In this document: in pieces, positions 11,101-21,077 of the stretch
Layout: every line of letters starts with the position of its first letter
Numbering within the stretch: position 1 is the first letter of the stretch
Assembly (NCBI GenBank): GCA_947588815.1
Contig: CANQAG010000004.1
Span: forward strand, 26,193 to 90,192
From: an uncultured Bacilli bacterium
GTDB taxonomy: Bacteria > Bacillota_I > Bacilli_A > RFN20 > CAG-449
Length of the DNA: 64,000 nucleotides
Reading direction: 5' to 3'
Made by a program: the position numbers and the translations under genes
Notes under the pieces: model-generated
What the model was told of the DNA's origin: nothing
Databases searched by the model: none
What the model saw: only the letters and a program-made list of their open reading frames with translations

Positions 11101-11884
11101 CGCGATCAGCAATTTTTTTAACGATTCGATATTCATCGAAATCTGTATCTAGCAACGATAAGTAACGGGAATTAATTCTTGTTTTTTGATTTTTTCTAAA
11201 ATTAAAAAATTCACTATTGAAATAAGTGATGTTTTTAACGAGATTATTGGAAGCGATTTTTTCATTATTGTTTAAAATGAACATTCTTTTATCGTGAAAA
11301 GTTAAATCAAAGTTTGCTAAAAAACATCCATTGTTGACAGACCAACTTTGAGCTTTGATTTTAACTGCGACAAAATAGAGATATTCGCCTAATGAGAAAT
11401 TTTTATCAAGAGGATAGTTTAACGAAATTTTAAATTCTTTAAGTAATTTATGGATTAGGGCATCGTTAAGTCTGACTTCTTTATTGATACTCGAGATGTA
11501 GTAACTACCATTTTCTTTTGTGATTTTTACTGGAACAAAAACTAAAGGAGCGGTTAAAACCTTTTCTCTAGCATAGTCGCTATAGTAATCTAAAAGTCCA
11601 AAAGTAGCATATAAAGTATGAACTGAATGTGCATTGTACCACTTTTCTGATTTATCAGCTAATTTTAATAAAACCGAATCGAGATCTTTGCCTTCAAAGT
11701 AGCTGGCGGAAATCTTAATTTTTTCTTCTTTCAAAAGACTTTCGAAAATTTTTTCATAGTCTTCATTTGTTATTCTAACGGAATTTTGACTTGTCAATTT
11801 ATAGTCGACAACCATGCTATCGATGACATCTTTTTCTAATTGGTCAACCCAAGGGTTTACATTTTTGTTATCCATAATAATCAC
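8132..11884 (-). CDS. large (1250 aa) helicase-related protein with degenerate ATPase motifs and a restriction-endonuclease-like C-terminal region (DUF4011 / Upf1-like SF1 / DUF3320-type architecture suspected)
   Basis: No intact Walker A (closest LNGSKT); motif-II-like block FDCVFVLPSKET...ALGDQFVVFDDD lacks DEAS/DEAD; GYIDILV...IIIDK REase-like block; long uninterrupted ORF with good codon usage. Confidence 0.5.
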   Translation of the reverse strand: MIIMDNKNVNPWVDQLEKDVIDSMVVDYKLTSQNSVRITNEDYEKIFESLLKEEKIKISASYFEGKDLDSVLLKLADKSEKWYNAHSVHTLYATFGLLDYYSDYAREKVLTAPLVFVPVKITKENGSYYISSINKEVRLNDALIHKLLKEFKISLNYPLDKNFSLGEYLYFVAVKIKAQSWSVNNGCFLANFDLTFHDKRMFILNNNEKIASNNLVKNITYFNSEFFNFRKNQKTRINSRYLSLLDTDFDEYRIVKKIADRDNLYIRTSSKINELHLLKNSLEAFLLNGSKTLVVYENQAQYQRLKETIENSSMAPYYLDFNSVSTDKKVLLKTLADYDSYRSRQGLSTEDLGESIKEYYDLKNKYKQIINSLRVSNPPMNLSLNKMLEQYYRFNKYPDLSITIPNIAHIDNQKIDEYINAIGDFKNSAQSIKNSIKDHPFYGFSRKRMVKEDYKPLQENIIFLSEQLKILKSHINNLHHRFGFPMPKTLKQLKAEFNMVAILSDNENLPPLSWFKDENLQQSYNLVLEIQKAIDENANLARELEDTYTSDVFKIPNEMIQLFVTSSYTPKDVTLVNTKFKKSSRLAENKMVDMMISLDLYRTRERQIEDKIQNLPLSFKAYYSDRNFDITKIDQLLTQVKEYRRNVKYLTKHNVDISKFDVTKFDDTVLMKALLDFRYFLQREFNTTLDSVEILQSYFDKKLCNFGEMDLKEFYNKMVDASLHFASINEYLDFYLARIKLNKLIDKLGDELFELDLVKESEQIFLKAFYRQLIDYTISQNSMLTDFSFANFLEEMKQNEELSCKRIEAMQNLFVNNIQKYLHNNGLNLKNYELPFITSAYENPSSVPLKTIAYEARESIYNLKSLLLCPIEEVPSLLTNEIYHFDCVFVLPSKETLMKDAIGILALGDQFVVFDDDYLKGNFEDARKPLLDKNSFLFATSKCYEKVEYISTSYDAKGLNNERRSSEFKSYLYNRLEQDGFEIVKDAKTKSGYIDILVRPAKSKMATGIIIDKLSSNSLEAALQSIEKTDNEIRDLGYVPYRVIPLSFYMNEEEYMALKHFIVINSDELGDVPSKKTTSKLAMEVLFKHYLSPREVFYMIDDKAHKTLENLVEKIIELSAPLKKDELLNLFENQDKINDLLEEMVKEQKIAIKDDFIYLIDHNIEFRIVARNTKEFRDIDSITDIELKTGIIKIVNNLKEIEADVVVKMMLLSLGYQKARMSSITRLNGIIDELAEKQIILKRDNMLLKA

Positions 11885-12069
11885 CTATCTTTTTTATTAG
11901 TTTACCATAGGTAAAAAAAAAATAAAACCGCTCTAAGCAAAAAAGTTTGTCTTATTGCCAAAAGTTTTATTCAATCGATTCATTTTTTAGGAAACCAGTC
12001 ATTAAAAATGATGATGCTAGTGGTATTTTTTAAGGAGTATGGTATAATGTAAAAAACGAGGAAGTTACT

Positions 12070-12645
12070 ATGAAGCCCTTTAAAAGAAGAAGAAAAAAAG
12101 GTCTAAATCTTTCATCCCTGCAAGGGGAATTAATAAAAATTAGAAATTATAGCGTAAGAGACGCTGTTATGCTATCGGAACTTTTATCGAGCGAAAAAGT
12201 AAAACAAAGATTTTTTGCCGCTGAAAAAATCGCTGTAGATGAAATCGCAGTAAAATTAGTTGAAATGGTACCGCTATATGACAATGAAAATCTTTTGGTT
12301 TGGGCAATTGCGGATGTTAAGGACAGCAAAAAAATATTCGGTCAAATTTCTATAAAAAATTTCTATCCGGAAGATCGTATTTGTAGCATTGATTTTTGGA
12401 TAGGTGAAGAATATTGGGATAGTGACATTTTGGAAGAAACATTAAAAATTGTAACAAAATATCTGCTTGAAGATCAAAAGCTTCATCGTGTTCAAATTAA
12501 ACTAAAAACTGAAGATGAAACCTCTAAAAATATTTTAATTAAATGTGGCTTTCAGTTTGAAGGAGTTCAACGCGGTAGAAGATATTTTAACGGAAAGTAT
12601 TATGATTTAAATACTTATGCCATATTAGAAACTGATAGGAGATAA
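12070..12645 (+). CDS. GNAT-family N-acetyltransferase (RimJ/RimL-like)
   Basis: 191 aa; C-terminal HRVQIKL...ENxxSxxLLxKxGFxxEG...R pattern of Acetyltransf_3; GAGGAAG RBS. Confidence 0.75.
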   Translation: MKPFKRRRKKGLNLSSLQGELIKIRNYSVRDAVMLSELLSSEKVKQRFFAAEKIAVDEIAVKLVEMVPLYDNENLLVWAIADVKDSKKIFGQISIKNFYPEDRICSIDFWIGEEYWDSDILEETLKIVTKYLLEDQKLHRVQIKLKTEDETSKNILIKCGFQFEGVQRGRRYFNGKYYDLNTYAILETDRR

Positions 12646-12648
12646 AAA

Positions 12649-13620
12649 ATGAAATTAATATCCATTGTTGTACCGATGTACAATGAAGAAGAGATGGCAC
12701 CTATATTTTTCGAGGCTATCAATAAAGTTATCGGTGAGATTAAAAATTACCGCTTTGAATTGATGATAGTAAACGATGGGAGTCGCGATAAAACTTTAGA
12801 TATATTGAAAGCTCAAAGAGAAAAACAAAACAATATTCATATTGTATCGTTTTCTAGAAATTTTGGACATGAAGCTGCGGTTGCGGCCGGAATGAAACAT
12901 GCTAGAGGCGATGCCTTAATAGTTATGGATGCCGATTTACAAGATCCTCCTGAATTAATTATCGAACTTTTAAAGAAATATGAAGAAGGTTATGAAGTTG
13001 TAAATGCAAAACGTGTTGATCGTAAATCCGATGGATTACTTAAACGTAAAACTGCCGAGTGGTTTTATAAGATTATTTCAAAGCTTTCAGGTAAAATTAA
13101 AATTCCTGAAAATATTGGTAATTATCGATTGGTGTCTCGAAGAGTCGCTGACAAAGTCAACGAATTGAGAGAAAAAAATCACGTATTTAGAGTAGTAGTT
13201 CCATTTGCCGGATATAAAACGACCGAAGTGGAATTTGTACGCAAAAAAAGACCGGCCGGACAAACGCATTATAACTATAAAGCGATGTTTCGCTTAGCCG
13301 GAGATTCCATTACTTCTTCTTCGATTATGCCACTTAGATATGCCTTTAAATTTGGTTTTGCTTTTATGGCAATATTCGGTTTGATCTCGATTTTGTTTTT
13401 GATTTTTGAGATATTGACGTGTTGTGGAGCAACAACGGCATTCTTAAAAATGCCAAATGGTACCATCGCAATTATCGGAGCAATTGGATTTTTTGTCGGA
13501 GTGCTACTAATTTTTATCGGTATTATTGGAGAATATCTTGGAAGAGTGATGATTGAGGTTCAAGATCGCCCGTTGTATGAAGTTGACGAAGAAATTTATA
13601 GCGATCTAGAAAAAGAGTAA
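12649..13620 (+). CDS. family-2 glycosyltransferase, polyprenol-phosphate sugar transferase (GtrB/CsbB-like)
   Basis: IVVPMYNEEE, DADLQDP (DxD) motifs plus two C-terminal TM helices. Confidence 0.85.
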   Translation: MKLISIVVPMYNEEEMAPIFFEAINKVIGEIKNYRFELMIVNDGSRDKTLDILKAQREKQNNIHIVSFSRNFGHEAAVAAGMKHARGDALIVMDADLQDPPELIIELLKKYEEGYEVVNAKRVDRKSDGLLKRKTAEWFYKIISKLSGKIKIPENIGNYRLVSRRVADKVNELREKNHVFRVVVPFAGYKTTEVEFVRKKRPAGQTHYNYKAMFRLAGDSITSSSIMPLRYAFKFGFAFMAIFGLISILFLIFEILTCCGATTAFLKMPNGTIAIIGAIGFFVGVLLIFIGIIGEYLGRVMIEVQDRPLYEVDEEIYSDLEKE

Positions 13621-13688
13621 TTAAAAAAGCAGATTTTGTGAATGATGACTAATTAATAGAAATTATTCAATAATCTGCTTTTTATATT

Positions 13689-15014
13689 CTATAATCCTGA
13701 AATTGCTAGTTTTTTAATTAAGATTGAAGGGGTAGAAATCGAATTGGGTTGCAATTCAAGATTAGATGCTACATCTTTCACTTCTTTGAAAAGAGTAAAT
13801 AAATTGCCCGCGATAGTAATTAAAGAAACCGCGTCTGCTTTTTTGCCGTTTTTGATTAAGTATCCGGCCGCTTGTAAAGAAAAGTTCCCGGATTTAGGGT
13901 TCATACCGGCGTGCAACCCTTGGACATCAGTGATATATATGCCATCGATTACTTTAGCGAATAATTCTTCTTCGGTTTTGCGACCTGGTTTTAAAACTAT
14001 ATTTACTGTGCCGATTCCCACTTTTCCGATAGCGGAAGATTTATAACCATTACCGGTCGAAGAGACATTGTCTTTGGCGGCGGTAGTTAAATTATATAAA
14101 TAAGTTTTCAACACTCCTTTTTCTACAATTTTTTTGTTGTAAGTGGCGACACCTTCATCGTCAAAATATCTGAAAAAAGCGTTTTTAGTTAAAGGATTTT
14201 CTTGAATTGTAACTTTTTTCGAACAAATCAATTGATTAAGCTTATCTTTAAGAAGCGAAGTGTTTTTTTGAATCTGTTCGGCTTCAACATTGGTGAGAAA
14301 GAAACCTAATAACGAAGCGGTGACTTTTGGCGATAATACGGCTTTATATTTTCCGGAAGCACAAGGCTTACCTCCAAATTGAGATAAGGTGTTTTGAACA
14401 GCTTTTTTAATGATGGCGTCCGGATCAATATCATTGAAATTTGTAAAGATTCTGAAATCGTAACTATTTCTAATTTCGCCATTATCGTTAGCGACTGCGT
14501 CTGCGTAAATAACGACATAGTTAGATTTATTTTTGAGCTTCAAGCCATAGGAATTTAAAAGTTCAATTTCTTCAATGCTTTCTTCATAAGATACTGTCGA
14601 TTCGGTAATACGCGAATCGCTATTTTTAATTCCATTTTCAATTTCTTTTAAAAGAGCGATTTTCGTTTCAGTTGGAATTTTTACTATCGTAGGATTATAG
14701 ACATTTTTCTTAAAATATTTTTCAGAACCTTTAAAAATATTTGGCACTTCATCATTATCGATTACCTTCGCGTTTTCTTTTACTTGATCGATAAGATATT
14801 GTGGGGTTGTTCGGTCATTTTTTTCAGAATATGCATAACCCATTTTTCCATGATAAATTCCACGAATAGCGATTGTATAAGTATCTGCATTTGTAAACGA
14901 ATCTATTTGACCTTGAAACAAAGAAATCGATAAATTATATCTTTTTACGATATATAACTCTAAAGATTCAATACCTTCTTCTTCGGCTAATTCAAAATAT
15001 TTATTGTAGTTCAT
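13689..15014 (-). CDS. pmbA: PmbA/TldE-family metallopeptidase partner subunit
   Basis: 441 aa, TldD/PmbA fold without HExxxH; 4-nt overlap (ATGA) with upstream tldD. Confidence 0.8.
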   Translation of the reverse strand: MNYNKYFELAEEEGIESLELYIVKRYNLSISLFQGQIDSFTNADTYTIAIRGIYHGKMGYAYSEKNDRTTPQYLIDQVKENAKVIDNDEVPNIFKGSEKYFKKNVYNPTIVKIPTETKIALLKEIENGIKNSDSRITESTVSYEESIEEIELLNSYGLKLKNKSNYVVIYADAVANDNGEIRNSYDFRIFTNFNDIDPDAIIKKAVQNTLSQFGGKPCASGKYKAVLSPKVTASLLGFFLTNVEAEQIQKNTSLLKDKLNQLICSKKVTIQENPLTKNAFFRYFDDEGVATYNKKIVEKGVLKTYLYNLTTAAKDNVSSTGNGYKSSAIGKVGIGTVNIVLKPGRKTEEELFAKVIDGIYITDVQGLHAGMNPKSGNFSLQAAGYLIKNGKKADAVSLITIAGNLFTLFKEVKDVASNLELQPNSISTPSILIKKLAISGL

Positions 15015-16411
15015 TGCTTAATAACGCCTCCTCTACCTCCGACAGTCATTTCACTTAAACGAATAGTCGGTTGTCCGACATCAACGGGAATCGAGCCGGA
15101 ACTTGCTCCGCACATTCCTTGTGCGCGTTTTAAATCATTGCCGACCATATCGACACGTGTCAAAACATCTTTACCGGAACCGATTAAAGTTGCTCCTTTG
15201 ACGGGATAAGCAATTTTACCGTCTTTTACGATATAAGCTTCGGTACACGCAAAGTTAAAATCACCGGTGGTGGGATTAACTGAACCGCCGCCTAATGACT
15301 TGGCATAAAGACCAAATTTGGTTGCTTTAATTATTTCTTCAGGGGTTGATTTTCCAGGAAGAATGAAAGTATTAGACATTCTTGAAGTCGGTTCATAACG
15401 ATAACTTTGTCGTCTAGCACAGCCATTACCGGATCTTCCCATTCTTCTTCCTGAGAAATTGTCGACCATATAATCGTTTAATATACCATTTTTTATTAAT
15501 AAAGTTCGTTGAGTTTTATTTCCTTCATCGTCGATGTTTCCGGATCCCCAAGCGCCTTCAATCGTTCCATCGTCAACTGCCGAGACGAGGTCAGAAGCGA
15601 TTTTTTGACCTTGTTTACCTGAAAATATCGAAAGTCCACGACCGACACTGCTAGCTTCAAGAGGGTGACCGCAAGCTTCGTGGAAAATGACGCCACCAAA
15701 CCCATTCCCAATAATTACTGGCATTTTACCTGAAGGACATTCTTTAGCGTCAAGCATGATTAAGGCGGTTTTTGCGACTTCTGTAGCTAGTTCTTTTAAA
15801 TCCAATTCTTGATCGAAAAACTCCATCCCTTTTTGCGCTCCAGGACCGACACCGCTTGTTTCGATAGCGCCTTCTTTGCTTGCTATCGCAGTCATATAGA
15901 TGCGGCCTCTGGTTCTAATATCGCTAAATTGTTTGCCTTCTGAATTGAAGATAACCACTTTTTTGGTATTGTCGGCAAAACTGACCATAGTTCTTGCAAT
16001 GCGTGGATCATAGTTTTGCATGATATTTGAAGCGGATTTCATGCGCTCGATTTTTTCTTGAACAGAAATATCACTATATTTAATTTGAGGTTTATGTTTA
16101 TGAGGGACACGGACTTTATTAATGTTTGTAACTTTAAAAAGCGGTTGTCCTTCATAAGAAGCTGAAAGAGTCTTGGCCAATTTTTCTAGACCTTTTCTTG
16201 AAATATCATTAGTGTATCCATAGACACTTTGAAGTTTGTTTAAAATTCTTATTCCCGCACCATATGTGATACCAGAATTTACCATTTCAACTTTTCCATT
16301 ATCAAGCGAAATTGAGTTGGAAATATTTTCTTCAAGGTAAATTTCAGCAAAATCGCCACCTGTTTGGAGGGCGATATTCAAAACATCACGTGCTAAATTT
16401 TTGCTGATCAT
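15011..16411 (-). CDS. tldD: TldD-family metallopeptidase
   Basis: 466 aa; HEACGHPLE (HExxxH) motif and C-terminal GxC/GG-rich region. Confidence 0.85.
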   Translation of the reverse strand: MISKNLARDVLNIALQTGGDFAEIYLEENISNSISLDNGKVEMVNSGITYGAGIRILNKLQSVYGYTNDISRKGLEKLAKTLSASYEGQPLFKVTNINKVRVPHKHKPQIKYSDISVQEKIERMKSASNIMQNYDPRIARTMVSFADNTKKVVIFNSEGKQFSDIRTRGRIYMTAIASKEGAIETSGVGPGAQKGMEFFDQELDLKELATEVAKTALIMLDAKECPSGKMPVIIGNGFGGVIFHEACGHPLEASSVGRGLSIFSGKQGQKIASDLVSAVDDGTIEGAWGSGNIDDEGNKTQRTLLIKNGILNDYMVDNFSGRRMGRSGNGCARRQSYRYEPTSRMSNTFILPGKSTPEEIIKATKFGLYAKSLGGGSVNPTTGDFNFACTEAYIVKDGKIAYPVKGATLIGSGKDVLTRVDMVGNDLKRAQGMCGASSGSIPVDVGQPTIRLSEMTVGGRGGVIKQ

Positions 16412-16503
16412 ATCTTTTCCTCCTAATTTATGAAACTATATCATATTTTCTCTTATTATTAAATGATTTTGCCTTTTTTGTTATAATAAAAAAAGAGGAT
16501 ATT

Positions 16504-17040
16504 TTGATGATTTCTTACGAAGATGCAAGAGTACTTTATGAAAAACTAAAGGAAGAGAAATATTTTGAAAAATTTTCCAATAACAAAGACCAACTTTTAT
16601 TTTCACAAAAGGGTCTTTTAAGATTTCGCTATCGAAAAAAATTTAAAGTTTTATATAATGGATTTTTGGCACTAGCCAAAATACTTGACTTAAATTACAG
16701 TTTTGATGACAACAGAATTAATAGTTGTTTATATACAGTACTTTTTTGCGCTGAAAATCGTTTTATAAATGATTCTGAATTTCTGGACTCTGTTGCTGAT
16801 AATATGAGATTGCACGATGGTGATTGCGAAGAAAAAAAGTTTTGGAAAAAATTAAAAAGAACAAAGGAAAACATTACACTACTTCAAGTACCACTTAAAT
16901 ATTGCAATAATCACTTAGTCTATTTGGCAAGAATTGAAGGCGAAGATGATTGGGTCATTAATGAAGGTGAAAAATTTCTTTACGTTATTTTTAATTTTTC
17001 AGTTGAAAAACAAGTTTATATTTTGCCATTAACAAAATAA
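16504..17040 (+). CDS. hypothetical protein
   Basis: 178 aa ORF with RBS; no recognisable domain. Confidence 0.45.
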   Translation: MMISYEDARVLYEKLKEEKYFEKFSNNKDQLLFSQKGLLRFRYRKKFKVLYNGFLALAKILDLNYSFDDNRINSCLYTVLFCAENRFINDSEFLDSVADNMRLHDGDCEEKKFWKKLKRTKENITLLQVPLKYCNNHLVYLARIEGEDDWVINEGEKFLYVIFNFSVEKQVYILPLTK

Positions 17041-17117
17041 ACTGCAAGTTTTTAGAAAAGGCAATATTGTAATAAAGAATATTTCTAACTCATAAAATTT
17101 ACCGAATAGGTGATTTT

Positions 17118-18377
17118 ATGAAAAGTTTTCGTATTGATGGAGGGTATTCTTTAAGTGGTAAAGTGACAGTAGGCGGTTCTAAAAATGCTGCTTTAGCCCT
17201 TATTCCATGCGCATTACTGACCAAGCAAAAAGTCGTTTTGCATGATGTTCCACAAATAAAAGATATCTTCCAGCAAATTGAAATTTTAAAAAAACTTAAT
17301 GTGAAAGTAAAATATAAAAATCATACTTTGATCCTCGATAGCAACAATTTACATAAATGTGATTTGACTTTTGATGAAATGAAAACTTTTCGGGCTTCAT
17401 ATTATTTTTACGGAGCCTTATTGCCGATATTTAAAAGTATGAAAGTAATTGCTCCTGGAGGTTGCAAATTAGGAGTAAGACCAATTGATCTTCATCTTTT
17501 TGCTTTTGAAAAAATGGGAGTTTCAACGCGTTTAGAAGGGAAAGTTTATGATTTAGTTGCTAGTGAACCAAAGCAAGCTTATATTTGTTTCCCCAAGGTA
17601 TCGATGGGAGCAACTATTAATGCTTTGTTATATGCTAATAGTATCAATGGTACAGTCGTTATTGAAAATTATTCCCATGAGCCGGAGGTATTCGAAGTTA
17701 TCAATATGCTGTCTTTGATGGGGGAAGAAATCCATTATGATGAGAAGATGATAGTTGTTGTCGGTGGCAAAAAATTACACGGTTGCACCTATAATGTAAT
17801 CGGTGATCGTATTGAAGCTGGAACTTTTATACTTTTAGGTGCAGCCTTAGGTCAAAATTTAAGAATTCATAATGTCAATAAAGCTCATTTGGAAAGTCTT
17901 TTTAAAGTATTGGACGAACTTGAAATATCCTATTTTTATAAGGAACATTGTATAGAAATTTCTAAAGGATCTAGCAAACATTCTCTTACAATCGAGACAG
18001 GACCATATCCGGCATTTCCTAGTGATTTACAGCCATTATTGACTTCCTATCTTTTAACGATTCCTCATATTCACCTTATTAAAGAAACGATATATGCTGA
18101 TCGGTTTTCTCATATAAAAGAACTATCAAAATGTAACGCAAAAATCGAATTGATTGGTCAAAGCATCGTCATCAATGGTAATAATACATTGATACCTGCA
18201 AAGCTAGTAGGAAACGATTTAAGAGCTACTGCAGCATTAGTATTAATCGCCTTATTCATTAAAGGACGAAGTTATGTTAAAGGAGTTGAGTTTATGGAAC
18301 GAGGATATGAAGATTTTGTCAATAAAATAAACTCAATCGGTGGTCATATATCTCTTGTTGAGGAGGAATTCGAATGA
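17118..18377 (+). CDS. murA: UDP-N-acetylglucosamine 1-carboxyvinyltransferase
   Basis: 419 aa; GGSKNAALALIPCALL N-term, catalytic Cys in PGGCKLGVRPIDLH loop. Confidence 0.9.
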   Translation: MKSFRIDGGYSLSGKVTVGGSKNAALALIPCALLTKQKVVLHDVPQIKDIFQQIEILKKLNVKVKYKNHTLILDSNNLHKCDLTFDEMKTFRASYYFYGALLPIFKSMKVIAPGGCKLGVRPIDLHLFAFEKMGVSTRLEGKVYDLVASEPKQAYICFPKVSMGATINALLYANSINGTVVIENYSHEPEVFEVINMLSLMGEEIHYDEKMIVVVGGKKLHGCTYNVIGDRIEAGTFILLGAALGQNLRIHNVNKAHLESLFKVLDELEISYFYKEHCIEISKGSSKHSLTIETGPYPAFPSDLQPLLTSYLLTIPHIHLIKETIYADRFSHIKELSKCNAKIELIGQSIVINGNNTLIPAKLVGNDLRATAALVLIALFIKGRSYVKGVEFMERGYEDFVNKINSIGGHISLVEEEFE

Positions 18378-19039
18378 AAAAAATCATCGCATCATTTGGT
18401 GTTTTTTCCATTTTGCTTGTAGGATGTTCTAGTAAGCCAAGTGGAATTATTTATTTGGGGACACCTTTAAACACTGATGAAGTTACACTTGAAAGACTCT
18501 TTAAAGAAGAGCTGAATCAAGATGTAAATATGGATTTTGCTCAAAAAAGAATGACAAGCAGTTTGTTGTTTAGAACGATTGAACAAGATGCAATGGATAT
18601 GGAAAGTAAGAAACATATTCTTTCTGCAATTAAAAGTTGTGAGTCTTTGATTATTAATATCGGAGTTTATGATATCGTTAACGCTGTCAAAATCACTCAA
18701 AACGAAGTTTTGTTCGAAAAGGAAATAATAGATGATCAAATGGAATTAATGGGCTATTATGTTTATCGCACTTTAGATCAAATTCGTGAAGTAAACGAAA
18801 CTTGTACAATAGCCTTTATTCTTCCTTATAATCCGTTGAAGTTAGAAGGGGAGGCAAGTAGAACTTTTACGGCTTTATTAAACGATTCCTCAAAGATACT
18901 AGAATCTTATAAAGATGAGTTTAATTTAACTTTTGTAAACCTTGATAAAATTAACTCTTATTTGCTTTCGTCGCATCGTCTTTCAAATGATGGTGTTAAA
19001 TATTGCTACGAAAATTTAAAAGAGGCTTTAAATGGATGA
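18374..19039 (+). CDS. hypothetical lipoprotein
   Basis: signal peptide with lipobox LLVGCSS; 4-nt overlap with murA stop. Confidence 0.6.
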   Translation: MKKIIASFGVFSILLVGCSSKPSGIIYLGTPLNTDEVTLERLFKEELNQDVNMDFAQKRMTSSLLFRTIEQDAMDMESKKHILSAIKSCESLIINIGVYDIVNAVKITQNEVLFEKEIIDDQMELMGYYVYRTLDQIREVNETCTIAFILPYNPLKLEGEASRTFTALLNDSSKILESYKDEFNLTFVNLDKINSYLLSSHRLSNDGVKYCYENLKEALNG

Positions 19040-19469
19040 ATCTACTAAACTAATAAATCATATTGGATGGTTGTTTCAAGCAATTCATGATCAAATAAGA
19101 TTCATTAATGCAGATGTAAAAGTAGCTAATAATAATCCTGTTTTTCACCTTAATCCATATTTTGCAAGTTTTAGCAAGCATCTATCAATGACGATGACTT
19201 TATTTTCACAAGCACAAAAAAGTTATTTTTCATTAATTAGAAGTCAACGAATTACCAAATTTTCTTTAAATAGAGTTTACACGATTTATGTGCAAAGAGC
19301 GATTTATAATGAACAAATTGCAGTTCATAATTTAAATCAGTACAATTTCAAAAATGATTTAAATGCCACAACGATTTATAGTGTAATCTATGATAAAACT
19401 TACAAATTGGAGCACATGATCAATCAATTGACAGCGGCTTATAAGAAATTATTAACGTTATATCAATAA
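19032..19469 (+). CDS. hypothetical protein
   Basis: 145 aa ORF overlapping upstream gene by 8 nt; no domain recognised. Confidence 0.45.
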   Translation: MDESTKLINHIGWLFQAIHDQIRFINADVKVANNNPVFHLNPYFASFSKHLSMTMTLFSQAQKSYFSLIRSQRITKFSLNRVYTIYVQRAIYNEQIAVHNLNQYNFKNDLNATTIYSVIYDKTYKLEHMINQLTAAYKKLLTLYQ

Positions 19470-19471
19470 AA

Positions 19472-19500
19472 AAATCTCAGATTGAAATTTCTGAGATTTT
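19472..19500. terminator. rho-independent terminator (bidirectional)
   Basis: aaatctcag-attgaaattt-ctgagattt perfect 9-bp stem then TTTT. Confidence 0.6.
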
Positions 19501-19521
19501 AATTTTAAATAAATGATTTTA

Positions 19522-20022
19522 TTATTTTAATTTGGCACAAACGATATCGGCGACACAAGCACAAAATCCAAAACAAGCGGTAAATCCGCCAATCCAACTA
19601 CCGATGCCTAAATGAAGGTTATTTTCATACATACCGATACTTGTAAAATGTTCGTTGCAAGTAGCTAGCAAACAGCCGACATTGGAGAAAAGTAGAATTG
19701 CGGATAAAATAAATAAAAATGCTGATAAGCCAACGAAGAATTTGCTTTTGTTAGTTAATAAGAATGCCAAAACTCCAGCGATAACAGGAAGTAAATATCC
19801 TAAGAAAGATCCCCAATTAAAGTAGAAAGTCGGAGTGCTATATGGAAGTTGCGCGGAACCTCCGAAAGCAACTAAAATTCCCCACATATCTGCTCGAGTA
19901 GCGCCGAGTCCGGTTTTTATATAACTTACCGAAGGTAAAAAAATCATTAAAGTTGTTATTAATCCTAAAATTAACGTGGCAAATGAAAATATAGAAAGGC
20001 CAGTTCTCTTGGTTTTTTGCAT
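19522..20022 (-). CDS. hypothetical integral membrane protein (5-6 TM)
   Basis: 166 aa from ATG 20022 (AAGGAGA upstream); ORF track uses TTG at 20028. Confidence 0.5.
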   Translation of the reverse strand: MQKTKRTGLSIFSFATLILGLITTLMIFLPSVSYIKTGLGATRADMWGILVAFGGSAQLPYSTPTFYFNWGSFLGYLLPVIAGVLAFLLTNKSKFFVGLSAFLFILSAILLFSNVGCLLATCNEHFTSIGMYENNLHLGIGSWIGGFTACFGFCACVADIVCAKLK

Positions 20023-20171
20023 ACACAAAAATCTCCTTATCGTTTAAATATTATAATAGATAAAAAAGTATTAGACAATAACTTAGTTTAAAATATTCGC
20101 AAAAGCATATCATATTTTAGAGTAGCTTTTATGTGCATGAATAAATCGGAGGAAATTATCAAGAAACTATT

Positions 20172-21077
20172 ATGCCTTTAAAAATCGGATTAGTGTTAAG
20201 TGGTGGTGGAGCACGTGGCGCCTATCAGTTAGGTGTGATGTTTGCGATTTATAAACACGGCTTTTATCGTCATGTCCAAGCTTTAAGCGGTGCCTCAATC
20301 GGGTCTTTAATGTGCCTTGCTTTCTTAGATGGTGATTTAATTAAAACTTATAATCTTTGGAAAAAAATCTCGCCTGAATTAGTATTGGCGGCAAAAGACA
20401 ATTATCGTTCTAGAGTGCCTTTTAAAGGTCGTGGTATTTTTTCTAATTATGCCATAAAGCAATTAATAACAGACAATTATGATTTAGAACGCTTAGTGAG
20501 CACTAAAAAACCGCTTTATTTTGCTACTAGTCAAATAAAAAGAAAAATCCTAAAAAAAGAATACGAAGCAAAATATTTTTTGGTCAACTATAAGTCTGAA
20601 ATTGAAATCATCCAATATCTTTTGGCCTCAAGTGCGATTCCTTATATTTTTGATAGGGTGAATATTGAATATGAATCATATACCGACGCTCTTAAATCAG
20701 ATAGTGAACCGATAAGCCCACTTTTACAATATAATATAGATTGTATCTTTGTCATACCGCTTACATCAGCGCATATAGTTGAAAGATTTAAAGCACTGAA
20801 AATACCGATAATCGATTTTATGAGTGAAAAACTTATCGCTTCACCGATTATTAATATGATCGATTTTGATTCACGGAAGATTGACGAATATATTTCTTTA
20901 GGATATTGTATTGGTGATACGCTTCTTAAGGAAGCTATTAACAGAAATTTTTTTTCAAGAAAAAAAACGATACAATATTTATCTTTGCAAAGTTCCGGAA
21001 TTACAATCGATGTGGATCGAAAGTTATCGTTAGAAGAAATAATTAGAGATTCTAATTACAAAAGGAGACGCTTATGA
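20172..21077 (+). CDS. patatin-like phospholipase
   Basis: GLVLSGGGARGAYQLGV oxyanion motif and GASIGS (GxSxG) nucleophile motif. Confidence 0.85.
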   Translation: MPLKIGLVLSGGGARGAYQLGVMFAIYKHGFYRHVQALSGASIGSLMCLAFLDGDLIKTYNLWKKISPELVLAAKDNYRSRVPFKGRGIFSNYAIKQLITDNYDLERLVSTKKPLYFATSQIKRKILKKEYEAKYFLVNYKSEIEIIQYLLASSAIPYIFDRVNIEYESYTDALKSDSEPISPLLQYNIDCIFVIPLTSAHIVERFKALKIPIIDFMSEKLIASPIINMIDFDSRKIDEYISLGYCIGDTLLKEAINRNFFSRKKTIQYLSLQSSGITIDVDRKLSLEEIIRDSNYKRRRL

